Source of the DNA: Candidatus Latescibacterota bacterium
GTDB lineage: Bacteria; Latescibacterota; UBA2968
Direction: 5' to 3'
DNA: 64,000 nucleotides
Assembly (NCBI GenBank): GCA_965205975.1
Contig: OZ242195.1
Coordinates: 2,336,001 to 2,400,000 of the forward strand
Shown: in pieces, positions 49,243 through 58,460 of the stretch
How the letters are laid out: every line of letters starts with the position of its first letter
How positions within the stretch are numbered: position 1 is the stretch's first letter
Notes under the pieces: model-generated
Database searches by the model: none
What the model was told of the DNA's origin: nothing
The model's input: only the letters and a program-made list of their open reading frames with translations
Translations under genes and position numbers: made by a program

Positions 49243-50382
49243 ATGAAAATCACCGATGTCAAAGCCACAACATTGAAGGGCTACAAAGATTGGAACTACG
49301 TAAAAGTAGAAACCGATGCTGGCATATCGGGCATAGGAGAAGCGCATCCGGGCGAAGGCATAACCGACGCGGTGACAAAGCGATTGCGCCCCATGCTCAT
49401 CGGGCAAAATCCCCTGAATGTCGAGCCACTCTACACCCGGATGCTCGACCGCTCCACCGGGCAATCTACCGCCGGGATACTCCTCGGCGCAATCGGCGGC
49501 GTGGAAACAGCACTCTGGGATGTCGCGGGCAAAGCCATTGGTGTGCCAATCTATCAATTACTCGGCGGAAAGTATCGAGACCGACTGCGGATGTACGCCG
49601 ATGTGGGCAGGGGACGAAATCGCACAAATACCCCAGAAACATGGGCCGAACGAGCCAAAGAGGGCGTGGCAGATGGGTTTCAGTCCATCAAATTCGACAT
49701 CGACGGATCGGCAAACGAATTGCAACACGACCCCGTAGATCGCGGGTTATCACTCGCCGAATTGGACAAAATGGAAGCCATGGTATCCGCAGTCCGCGAC
49801 GCCGTCGGATACGACATCGACCTGTGCATTGACTGCCACGGAAAATACAATGTGCGCGACGTGCTCTTACTCGCCCAGCGCCTGGAAAAATTCAACCTGA
49901 TGTTCCTCGAAGACCCCGTACCCCCGGAAAATATCGACGCCATGGGCAAAGTAACAGCTTCCACATCCATACCGATCTGCACGGGCGAATGGGTTCACCG
50001 CAGAGACGGATTTCGCAGGCTAATTGAGAATCAGGCATGCGACATGCTACACATCGATATCTCAGCGACCGGCGGCATGCTGGAAGGCAAAAAAATCGCA
50101 GACCTGGCAGACCTGTACTACATGCCCGCCGCATTCCACAACATCGTGTCACCATTGGGCATGGTGGCATCCGCACATGTGGGCGCAACCGTGCGGAATC
50201 TCCACACCCTGGAACTACCCTACCACGCAGACCAGATAGAATGGCGCTGGGATCTCGTGATCAGCGACGAGCCATTGATTCAGGATGGACAATTTGTCCT
50301 CCCGCAGAAACCGGGCCTCGGCGTCGAATTTAACGAGGACCTGGCACGCGCGCATGTGAAAGAGGGGTATGACTTCTTTTAG
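49243..50382 (+). CDS. Mandelate racemase/muconate lactonizing enzyme family dehydratase
   Basis: ALWDVAGK, KFD, DCH, LEDP, TGE, HN. Confidence 0.9.
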   Translation: MKITDVKATTLKGYKDWNYVKVETDAGISGIGEAHPGEGITDAVTKRLRPMLIGQNPLNVEPLYTRMLDRSTGQSTAGILLGAIGGVETALWDVAGKAIGVPIYQLLGGKYRDRLRMYADVGRGRNRTNTPETWAERAKEGVADGFQSIKFDIDGSANELQHDPVDRGLSLAELDKMEAMVSAVRDAVGYDIDLCIDCHGKYNVRDVLLLAQRLEKFNLMFLEDPVPPENIDAMGKVTASTSIPICTGEWVHRRDGFRRLIENQACDMLHIDISATGGMLEGKKIADLADLYYMPAAFHNIVSPLGMVASAHVGATVRNLHTLELPYHADQIEWRWDLVISDEPLIQDGQFVLPQKPGLGVEFNEDLARAHVKEGYDFF

Positions 50383-50407
50383 AAGATGTTATAGAAACCG
50401 TTTTCCC

Positions 50408-50436
50408 TTGCTTTATAGTATCGTTATTAGTATCAT
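50408..50436 (+). promoter_or_regulatory. Promoter/operator upstream of hicB
   Basis: TTGCTT-N17-TATCAT with a TAGTATC direct repeat (50416, 50428). Confidence 0.55.
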
Positions 50437-50472
50437 AAACGCATCAAAGCAATCGAAAGCGAAGGACATGCA

Positions 50473-50799
50473 ATGAGTGACCATTACACCTACCGCATCA
50501 CATGGTCTCCTGAAGATAACGCACATGTGGGTCTATGCGCTGAATTCCCATCGCTAAGCTGGCTGGCCCCTACCCCCGATGAGGCTTTGTACGGCATCCA
50601 GCGACTGGTACGCGAATGCCTCGCAGACATGCACGCAACCGGAGAAGAAATACCACAACCAATAGCTGACCGCACCTACAGCGGGAAGTTCATAGTGCGC
50701 CTGCCTCCAGAATCGCATCGTGCCCTCGCCATACAAGCGGCAGAGCAAGGCGTGAGCCTGAACCGCCTTGTGAGTGCGCGACTTGCAAACACCACCTGA
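50473..50799 (+). CDS. hicB: HicB family antitoxin (orphan)
   Basis: YTYRITWSPED...GLCAEFPSLSW...YSGKFIVRLPPESHRALAIQAAEQGVSLN (RHH C-terminus). Confidence 0.88.
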   Translation: MSDHYTYRITWSPEDNAHVGLCAEFPSLSWLAPTPDEALYGIQRLVRECLADMHATGEEIPQPIADRTYSGKFIVRLPPESHRALAIQAAEQGVSLNRLVSARLANTT

Positions 50800-50846
50800 T
50801 TGATATTGCCGCTTGATGAGTTCTTCTTGTGAAGAGGAGTTCCTCG

Positions 50847-51791
50847 ATGAAAGCCATTGAAAAATTAGGATTGGATTACAGATCAGAGATCATAGGACAA
50901 TCTCTGATTTTACAGGCAGATTGTTTTGAATGGTTCAGCCGGATACCCGAAAATAGCATCCATGCAGTTGTAACTGATCCGCCTTATGGCGTCAAAGAAT
51001 ACGATTTGCAACAACTTGAAAAACGGGAAAGTAATAATGGAGGGATCTGGCGTATCCCACCCTCATTTGACGGCCATAAACGCGCGCCCTTGCCAAGATT
51101 TACGGCGTTAAATCAGAAAGAGCGCGAGATTTTGAGGCAATTCTTTGTAGAATGGGCGCAACTGGTAGTCAATGCACTGCGACCAGGAGGTCATGTATTT
51201 ATTGCAACCAATGTGTTTCTCTCTCAGTTGGTTCTTTCGGCACTGGTGAAGGGCGGATTGGAGTTTCGAGGCCAGTTGATTCGGCTGGTACGAACACTTC
51301 GCGGTGGGGATCGCCCTAAGAATGCCGAAAAGGAATTTTCCGAGGTATCGTCTATGCCGAGAGGCTGTCACGAACCTTGGGGAATTCTGCGAAAGCCAAT
51401 GCTTCCAAAGATGAAGGTAAGTGACTGTTTGAGAGAATTCCAAACAGGAGGGTTGAGAAGGCGTCCTGATGGCACACCATTTGGCGACGTGATTATGAGT
51501 GAACGAACTCCGCGAAAAGAACGAGATATTGCGGATCATCCCAGCCTAAAGCCGCAATCATTCCTCCGTCAAATCGTATATGCAGCCCTTCCACTCGGAG
51601 AAGGTGTGGTTGTTGATTCATTTATGGGATCAGGATCCACAATTGCAGCAGCAGAGTCCGTGGGTATCTCATCTATTGGAATTGAAAGACATCAAGAGTA
51701 TTTTGAGATGAGCAGTGATGTGATTCCAAAGTTGGCAGTTTTAGAGACGCCCTGTGGTATTGGTTCGGATACACAACTTCAATTACTGTAA
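50847..51791 (+). CDS. Beta-class amino (N6-A/N4-C) DNA methyltransferase
   Basis: TDPPY precedes HPSLKP and DSFMGSGS (motif IV before motif I). Confidence 0.92.
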   Translation: MKAIEKLGLDYRSEIIGQSLILQADCFEWFSRIPENSIHAVVTDPPYGVKEYDLQQLEKRESNNGGIWRIPPSFDGHKRAPLPRFTALNQKEREILRQFFVEWAQLVVNALRPGGHVFIATNVFLSQLVLSALVKGGLEFRGQLIRLVRTLRGGDRPKNAEKEFSEVSSMPRGCHEPWGILRKPMLPKMKVSDCLREFQTGGLRRRPDGTPFGDVIMSERTPRKERDIADHPSLKPQSFLRQIVYAALPLGEGVVVDSFMGSGSTIAAAESVGISSIGIERHQEYFEMSSDVIPKLAVLETPCGIGSDTQLQLL

Positions 51792-52428
51792 GTCTGATGC
51801 TTTATAGATCCAGTTTTCCATCATTTTTTCGTAACCTGAATTGGCGACACTGGCAGTAATCGTTCGCCGGCTGGTACTACTTCGACCAGAGAACCGCCAA
51901 TCGTCTTTTGTCAGAGACGCTCCAAGAACCATAAGAATATCGAAAGGGTAGTGGGTCTATCCCTTTTGAAGCGTCAATTGGCCGATTGCTCTCAAATACA
52001 AATACCAAAAGCCAGCTATCCTCCGGGTTGTGGCCTTGCCATCCTCTCAAATAGCGCGATGCTTTGACTTCAATACCCTCATCGGCGTACTGGACAGCAT
52101 CTCCAGGAAAAATGCCAGCGGGGAGTAAGTCTGGATGTCCATTGTGATACAGATTTTTAACAAGTCCGGGACAATATTTAGGAATATTGGCATTCATGAA
52201 TTCACTTACCATGCTGCTGAAATTCGCTGGCATTAACATAGATTCAAGACGTGGTATTTCTTTTAAGTGGAGTTGCTCATTGACGAATCTCAAAAAGTCA
52301 ATAAACTCATTCATCGCAAGCTGGATGTGTTGCGTTTTGCATCCGTATGGCAATTGTGCAGCAGAATTAAAATTTTTGGTCTCAACAGGTTGCGGGCTAC
52401 ACGCTCTTACTTCAGCGTTTTGGTTCAT
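51783..52428 (-). pseudogene. Putative type II restriction endonuclease, frameshifted
   Basis: HPDL...GIEVK PD-(D/E)xK motif; frame changes near 51938-51940 and the other frame continues ILMVLGASLTKDDWRFSGRSSTSRRTITASV...WIYKASDLQ to TAA at 51783; convergent with the MTase. Confidence 0.75.
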
Positions 52429-52672
52429 GCTAAAATTTCCTCCTGGACTGTAATGCGTATCATATTGGTGCCAGATAATTAGATTAATCAAAGTTACGCC
52501 TGATATTTTCAATAAGTCAACATCTTTCTCTGCGAGATTTGAAAAGCCGACAGATAGGTGATGGGTCAAGCGCGCCCTTATTTGGTTTTAGTCGTTGACA
52601 AGGGATGGTAGATTTCTATATTGATGCGGCTTTTGAGAAAAATTTTAGATGTACATAAAAAAGGAGACATCT

Positions 52673-53830
52673 ATGGAACTCAACATCGGCATGATCGGAT
52701 ATTCATTCATGGGCAAAGCGCACAGCAATGGATTCCGCCAATTGCCTGCATTCTTTCCCGAACTCGGTGTAACACCCGTACTAAAAGTAATCTGTGGACG
52801 CAACCACGACGCCGTAAAAGACGCGGCTGAAACATATCAATGGGAAGAATACGAAACCGACTGGGAAAAAGTCGTCGATCGAGACGACATCGACGTCATC
52901 GACATCTGCACACCTGGCGACCAGCACCTGCCCATGGCACTCGCCGCATTAAAAGCTGGCAAACACGTCATCTGTGAAAAACCCCTCACAAACACCCTCG
53001 CAGAAGCCAGAGAATTATTGGCCGTGGCTGAAAACACCGACAAAAAAACCATGGTTGCATTCAACTACCGCCGCGTACCCGCTGTGGCATTGGCTCAGCA
53101 ATTGATCGCCGAAGGGCGAATTGGAGAAATTTATCACTGGCGCGCCGTGTACTTGCAAGACTGGATCATCGATCCCGACTTCCCACTCGTCTGGCGATTG
53201 GAAAAAGACAAAGCCGGTTCGGGACCGCACGGCGATTTGAACGCGCACATCATCGACCTCGCCCTGCATCTCGTAGGCGACATCGACAGCGTAGTCGGCG
53301 CAGATACCACCTTCATCAAAGAACGCCCGCTGCTCGAAGCCGTTGATGGGGGCCTGGGGGCGCAAGGTGGCGAACAAATGGGCCAGGTGACCGTTGACGA
53401 CGCCACCATGTTTTTGGCCCGGTTCCAAAACGGCGCACTCGGCACCTTTGAAGCCACGCGCTTTGCCGCCGGACGGCGCAACTACAACCATTTTGAAATC
53501 AACGGAAGCAAAGGCAGCATCGCATTCAACCTGCAAAAAATGAACGAATTGCAATTCTATTCGCGCGACGACGAAGATCACATCCAGGGCTTCCGCGAAA
53601 TTATCGTAGGTGAAGGCAGCCAACCCTTTATGGGCGCGTGGTGGCCTCCGGGACATATTATTGGCTGGGAACACACATTCACGCACGAATTCAGAGATTT
53701 CTTTGAAGCGATTGCACAGGATGGAACCTTTTCCCCCGACTTTGCCGAAGGCACCAAGGTACAGGCCGTCCTGGAAGCCGTAGTCGATTCGGCAGCGACA
53801 AGAACCTGGCAGGATGTGCCAAAAATTTGA
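52673..53830 (+). CDS. Gfo/Idh/MocA oxidoreductase (levoglucosan dehydrogenase-like)
   Basis: IGYSFMGKAHS, CEKP, VAFNYRRVPAV, YLQDW, GDLNAHIID; AAGGAG RBS. Confidence 0.9.
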   Translation: MELNIGMIGYSFMGKAHSNGFRQLPAFFPELGVTPVLKVICGRNHDAVKDAAETYQWEEYETDWEKVVDRDDIDVIDICTPGDQHLPMALAALKAGKHVICEKPLTNTLAEARELLAVAENTDKKTMVAFNYRRVPAVALAQQLIAEGRIGEIYHWRAVYLQDWIIDPDFPLVWRLEKDKAGSGPHGDLNAHIIDLALHLVGDIDSVVGADTTFIKERPLLEAVDGGLGAQGGEQMGQVTVDDATMFLARFQNGALGTFEATRFAAGRRNYNHFEINGSKGSIAFNLQKMNELQFYSRDDEDHIQGFREIIVGEGSQPFMGAWWPPGHIIGWEHTFTHEFRDFFEAIAQDGTFSPDFAEGTKVQAVLEAVVDSAATRTWQDVPKI

Positions 53831-53849
53831 GATAGAACAGGAGTGAAAA

Positions 53850-54848
53850 ATGGCAAGACCAGTTACGTTATTCACCGGACAGTGGGCGGACCTGACACTG
53901 GAAGTCATGTTGCAAAAAGCCAGAGATTTTGGCTATGACGGCGTGGAACTCGCCTGTTGGGGCGACCACATGGACGTGCGCGAAGCCGCATCGAACGACG
54001 GCTATGTACGCGAAAAACAGGAATTGCTCGAACAATACGGCATGCAGTGCTTCGCCATTAGCAATCATCTGGCAGGGCAGGCCGTATGCGACAATATCGA
54101 CGCGCGGCACGAGGCGATTTTGCCGCCCCATGTGTGGGACGATGGCGATCCCGAAGGCGTGCGACAACGCGCCGCCGAAGAGATGATAGCAACAGCCGAA
54201 GCCGCAAAAGCCATGGGCCTGACCGTGGTCAACGGCTTTACCGGATCCTCAATCTGGCATCTGTTGTATTCTTTCCCCCCGGTGTCACCCGATCAGATCG
54301 ACGCGGGATTTAGCGACTTTGCCGATCGCTGGAACCCGATTCTGGATGTCTTTCAAAAGAACGACGTGCGATTCGCACTCGAAGTGCATCCAACGGAAAT
54401 CGCATTTGATATTGCTTCATCTGCCCGGGCATTAGAAGCACTGGAAAACCGACCGGAGTTTGGCTTCAATTACGACCCCAGCCACCTGGTCTATCAAAAT
54501 GTGGATTATGTTGGCTTTATCCGCGAGTTCAGCGACCGGATCTATCACGTCCACATGAAAGATTCTTACCTGTCGCCCAATCCCAAACGAGCGGGTATAT
54601 TTGGCGGGCATACTAATTTCGGCGATCCAGATCGCAGTTGGGATTTCCGCTCGGTGGGTCGCGGCAGCGTGGATTTTGAAGAAATTATTCGCGCATTAAA
54701 CGACATAGGCTACGATGGACCGCTGTCCGTAGAGTGGGAAGATTCGGGTATGGACCGCGAACACGGCGCAACCGAATCCTGCGCCTTTGTCAATGAGATC
54801 GACTTTGAACCCTCAGACGTGGCATTTGACGCGGCGTTTGAAGAATAG
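53850..54848 (+). CDS. Sugar phosphate isomerase/epimerase (xylose-isomerase-like TIM barrel)
   Basis: [33 protein letters not shown]. Confidence 0.9.
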   Translation: MARPVTLFTGQWADLTLEVMLQKARDFGYDGVELACWGDHMDVREAASNDGYVREKQELLEQYGMQCFAISNHLAGQAVCDNIDARHEAILPPHVWDDGDPEGVRQRAAEEMIATAEAAKAMGLTVVNGFTGSSIWHLLYSFPPVSPDQIDAGFSDFADRWNPILDVFQKNDVRFALEVHPTEIAFDIASSARALEALENRPEFGFNYDPSHLVYQNVDYVGFIREFSDRIYHVHMKDSYLSPNPKRAGIFGGHTNFGDPDRSWDFRSVGRGSVDFEEIIRALNDIGYDGPLSVEWEDSGMDREHGATESCAFVNEIDFEPSDVAFDAAFEE

Positions 54849-54941
54849 CTTTCAGCAATCAACTTTCAGCGGTCAGCCCTCCCATCCACCACCCCAACAG
54901 AGCGGAATAGTGAGGGCTGACATTTTTTTTGGGAATACACA

Positions 54942-56495
54942 ATGGCACGTTATCTATTTCTCGCAATATTGATGTTAATAACCGCTTGCGGACAACAGAC
55001 CGGGCGCACGGTTGTTTTTGGGCGCGGTGGCGATTCGGTCGGACTGGATCCCGCGCTGGAGACAGACGGCGAATCGTTTAAAGTATGCGATAATATTTAC
55101 GAAACACTCGTCGCATTTGTGCCCGAACGCACCGACCTCGCACCCGGATTAGCCACTTCATGGCAGGCATCAGAAGATGGTTTGACCTGGACATTTCAGT
55201 TGCGCGAAAACGTCGTCTTCCACGACGGCACGCCCTTTACCGCCGATGCCGTCGTCTTTTCACTCGCGCGTCAATTCAAACCCGATCACCCTTTCAACAA
55301 AGTAGAAGGCGCGTATCAATACTGGGCAGGCATGTCCATGAGCGATATTGTCAAAGACGTCCGCAAAATAGACGACCTGACTGTATCCATTGACCTGAAA
55401 CGCCCCAACGCACCCTTTCTCGCAAATCTGACGATGAATTTTTGCGCCATCGTCAGTCCTGTTGCCGTCGAAAAATGGGGAGCTGATTTTGCGCGGCATC
55501 CCGTGGGCACAGGGCCGTTTCGATTTGTCGAATGGATCAAAGACGACCGCGTGGTATTAGAACGGAACCCCGATTATTGGGGACCTGCCCCCAAAATTGA
55601 TCGCCTGATTTTTAGAAGCATTCCCGAAAACTCCGTCCGACTAATCGCCCTGACCCAGGGATCTATCGACGGCATGGACAACCTCGTGCCAGACTTCTTA
55701 CCGACAATTGAATCGGACGAAAATCTCGCATTGCTATCTCAACCGGGGATGAACGTGGGCTATCTGGCGATGAACATGGACAAAGAGCCATTCCAGAACC
55801 TCAATGTGCGGCGCGCCATAAACCATGCAATCAACAAACAGGCCCTGATCGACAACCTGTATCAGGGATTGGCCATTCCAGCGGTCAATCCCATTCCGCC
55901 GACGGTCTGGAGCTATCGGCAAGAAACACCCGGCTATGAATACGACCCGGAAAAAGCCCGAACACTCCTATCCGAAGCGGGATTCCCAAACGGATTCAAA
56001 ACCACCCTCTGGGCCATGCCCGTACCGCGTCCCTATATGCCACAACCCCAGAAAATCGCCCAGGCAATCCAGGCCGATCTACAAACAGTGGGCATCGAAG
56101 CTGAAATCGTCACTTATGAATGGGGAACATATCTGGATAAAGTCCAGCGCGGACAGCACGATATGGCATTGCTGGGCTGGACCGGAGACAACGGCGACCC
56201 CGACAACTTCCTCTATATTCTGCTGGACAAAAGCGCGACTCAAATGCCAGCCAATAACATCTCCTTTTACCGCAGCGACCCCTTGCACGACGTGTTGGTG
56301 GCCGCCCAAAAGGAATCCGACAAAGCAAAACGCACAGCCCTGTATCAAAAGGCACAAGAAATCGTCTTTCACGACGCCCCCTGGGTACCTCTCGTACACG
56401 CGACCCAAACAGCGGCATTCCGCACCCGCGTCAAAGGCTTTAAGCTACACCCCACCGGGAGCAAATGGTTTCACGATGTGATGATTGAAGAATAA
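54942..56495 (+). CDS. dppA: Dipeptide/oligopeptide ABC transporter substrate-binding lipoprotein
   Basis: Lipobox ITAC; family-5 signature LATSW...WTFQLRENVVFHDG; PVGTGPF; GWTGDNGDPDNF. Confidence 0.9.
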   Translation: MARYLFLAILMLITACGQQTGRTVVFGRGGDSVGLDPALETDGESFKVCDNIYETLVAFVPERTDLAPGLATSWQASEDGLTWTFQLRENVVFHDGTPFTADAVVFSLARQFKPDHPFNKVEGAYQYWAGMSMSDIVKDVRKIDDLTVSIDLKRPNAPFLANLTMNFCAIVSPVAVEKWGADFARHPVGTGPFRFVEWIKDDRVVLERNPDYWGPAPKIDRLIFRSIPENSVRLIALTQGSIDGMDNLVPDFLPTIESDENLALLSQPGMNVGYLAMNMDKEPFQNLNVRRAINHAINKQALIDNLYQGLAIPAVNPIPPTVWSYRQETPGYEYDPEKARTLLSEAGFPNGFKTTLWAMPVPRPYMPQPQKIAQAIQADLQTVGIEAEIVTYEWGTYLDKVQRGQHDMALLGWTGDNGDPDNFLYILLDKSATQMPANNISFYRSDPLHDVLVAAQKESDKAKRTALYQKAQEIVFHDAPWVPLVHATQTAAFRTRVKGFKLHPTGSKWFHDVMIEE

Positions 56496-56711
56496 GTGAT
56501 CAGTGTATCGTACATCATCCGAACCCATCCCGAAGAGAACGACACTCCCGCCGGTGAAAAGCTGACATGGCTAACCGACTATGCCGTAAGATATCGCTAT
56601 CACGGCATAGAGGTCTGCGTGGAAGATCGTTTCGAGTTGCTCGCTGCGGTAAAAGAAACCGTAGAGACCATCATCGCCCGCATTCGGACGCTGAGCAAAA
56701 TGACTGAATAA
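56496..56711 (+). pseudogene. C-terminal fragment of a HEPN-domain protein
   Basis: LTWLTDYAVRYRY resembles the HEPN C-terminal L..Y...RY motif; N-terminal half is absent and there is no RBS. Confidence 0.55.
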
Positions 56712-56742
56712 ACGACCACTTCGTATCCGAACAGTCGGTCAC

Positions 56743-56774
56743 CATAGAGCGACATGTTCCCAAGTCGTTCTATG
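56743..56774. repeat. REP-like hairpin
   Basis: CATAGAGCGAC-N10-GTCGTTCTATG. Confidence 0.55.
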
Positions 56775-56804
56775 CCAATGAAATATGGTACGCAATACGG
56801 TTTG

Positions 56805-56833
56805 TTGACACCCTTTTGGATTTGGGCTATATT
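56805..56833 (+). promoter_or_regulatory. Sigma70-like promoter for the HNH pair
   Basis: TTGACA-N17-TATATT. Confidence 0.6.
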
Positions 56834-56950
56834 GCTTGAAAGATCACTTTATTTTTTTAAAATGCGACCTTATAGCACGCGGACATAACAGATTCCACGG
56901 TTTGTAAAGGAAGAAATAATAATAATTTAAATCCAGACCGGAGTTTCACA

Positions 56951-57331
56951 ATGGCAACATTTACTGTTGATGAATTGGTCAAAGCTGCTGAGCAATTGCC
57001 TCAAACAGATTTGGAAAATCTGACAGCGCAGGTACTTACACTCAAGGCAAAACGCGCAGCACCAGAATTGTCGAAAAATGAAGCCGAGTTGCTCCGGAAT
57101 ATCAACCGGGGAATGCCCGATGCGTTACAGAATCGATATCGGGAACTTATTGCTATCAGACGATCAGAAACACTGACCGAATCCGAACATGCCGAATTAC
57201 TTCACCTGACAAATCAGGTTGAAAAACATGAGGCAAAACGGCTGAAATATCTTACCGAACTTGCACGTATTCGAAAAATTTCTCTGACAGAGCTTTTGGA
57301 TGAACTCGGCATTGAGCCAGCCTATACATAA
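56951..57331 (+). CDS. Small helical partner protein of the HNH nuclease (putative antitoxin)
   Basis: EAELLRNIN...RYRELI...LTESEHAELLHL...RLKYLTELA; 3-nt gap to the HNH gene. Confidence 0.7.
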   Translation: MATFTVDELVKAAEQLPQTDLENLTAQVLTLKAKRAAPELSKNEAELLRNINRGMPDALQNRYRELIAIRRSETLTESEHAELLHLTNQVEKHEAKRLKYLTELARIRKISLTELLDELGIEPAYT

Positions 57332-57334
57332 GCT

Positions 57335-57763
57335 GTGAACACGAGACTGAAACAAGCTGTTATTCATCGTGCTCAAGGATGTTGTGAATACTGTCAGAGC
57401 CAGGCTCGTTTTGCAACCCATCCATTCTCTATTGAGCATATTCATCCGCTTAGCCGAGGTGGCGAAGATACGCTCAATAACTTGGCCTTGGCTTGCCAGG
57501 GATGTAACAACTACAAATACACCAAAGTCGAGGCACCTGATCCCGTCACTGGTCAGCCCGTTCCACTCTTTCACCCAAGACAGCAACTTTGGATAGACCA
57601 TTTTAGATGGGCGGAGGACTTCACCCACATTGTCGGAATTACGCCAACAGGTCGCGCGACTGTAGAGGCTTTACAACTGAACCGTAGAAGTTTGGTAAAC
57701 TTGCGCCGAATCCTATTTGCCGCAGGTGTACACCCACCATCAAATTTTGATCAAAATAGATAA
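57335..57763 (+). CDS. HNH endonuclease
   Basis: CCEYC...EHIHP..GG...NLALACQGCNNYK, LFHPR..W..HF, TPTGRATV..LQLN. Confidence 0.9.
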   Translation: MNTRLKQAVIHRAQGCCEYCQSQARFATHPFSIEHIHPLSRGGEDTLNNLALACQGCNNYKYTKVEAPDPVTGQPVPLFHPRQQLWIDHFRWAEDFTHIVGITPTGRATVEALQLNRRSLVNLRRILFAAGVHPPSNFDQNR

Positions 57764-57806
57764 ATCTCCATAAACCTCCTTTAAAGATTGCTGCATCGGC
57801 AAACAC

Positions 57807-57844
57807 AAAAAGCCCAACGGCCTCCTCCAAACCGTTGGGCTTTT
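57807..57844 (+). terminator. Intrinsic terminator
   Basis: AAAAGCCCAACGG...CCGTTGGGCTTTT. Confidence 0.75.
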
Positions 57845-58027
57845 CCTATTAGAGCCTCAATGGAACGGGTCAAATAGACTTGTCTATCGCGCCTGAAATA
57901 TTAAGGTGTGCAGCGTAAAAATAAAACTACATATCAAAAAAATGGAAGGTGGGCGATAAAGGTCGCTTGAATAACTTTTGACACTTCGTTTTTCACACCA
58001 CCGAGAAATCACTTTGTGGTCAGAAAT

Positions 58028-58070
58028 AAAAACGGCAGTGGGCAATAACACCCACCGCCGTTTCTTTTTT
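58028..58070 (+). terminator. Terminator-like hairpin
   Basis: AAACGGCAGTGGG...CCCACCGCCGTTT followed by T-run. Confidence 0.6.
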
Positions 58071-58087
58071 TGCGTGCATGCCCAATT

Positions 58088-58145
58088 GAGTTTGTTGGAA
58101 GTCTTGCGCGAAGATTACTTACGCACCGCTTGGGTAAAAGCTTAT
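58088..58145 (+). pseudogene. Diverged fragment of a dppB-type permease gene (EAA loop)
   Basis: Encodes SLLEVLREDYLRTAWVKA; dppB at about 59596-59654 encodes SLLEVLREDYVRTAWAKG. Confidence 0.8.
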
Positions 58146-58161
58146 AAGAGCCAACTTTCTA

Positions 58162-58200
58162 TTGACATTTTATTTTTAAGTGCACACATTATATGTACAC
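58162..58200 (+). promoter_or_regulatory. vapBC promoter/operator
   Basis: TTGACA at 58162; imperfect palindrome GTGCACACATTATATGTACAC at 58180-58200. Confidence 0.55.
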
Positions 58201-58214
58201 TTTAAGGAGGAATT

Positions 58215-58460
58215 ATGAAAGCATCTATTCTCGACTTAAGACGACGCATGAAAGATGTCTTGCTCGCACTTGACCGCAACGAATCGGTCACCATTTTCTA
58301 TCGAGGCAAGGAAAAAGCCATCCTCGCTCCCAGCCGACAACGAACAAACAAATCTGTAAAAGATCATGAAGCCTTTGGAATGTGGCGAGACAGAAAAGAT
58401 ATAACAGATGTCGATGCTTACGTCCGCAATCTGAGAAAAGGCCGCTTGAATGATTTTTGA
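58215..58460 (+). CDS. Antitoxin (Phd/YefM-like)
   Basis: DLRRRMKDVL...ESVTIFYRGKEKAIL; overlaps the PIN toxin start; AAGGAGG RBS. Confidence 0.8.
   Translation: MKASILDLRRRMKDVLLALDRNESVTIFYRGKEKAILAPSRQRTNKSVKDHEAFGMWRDRKDITDVDAYVRNLRKGRLNDF

Noticed and set aside
57850..58070. Riboswitch upstream of the terminator-like hairpin
   Set aside because: No conserved aptamer motif was recognisable by eye; an Rfam/Infernal scan would settle it.
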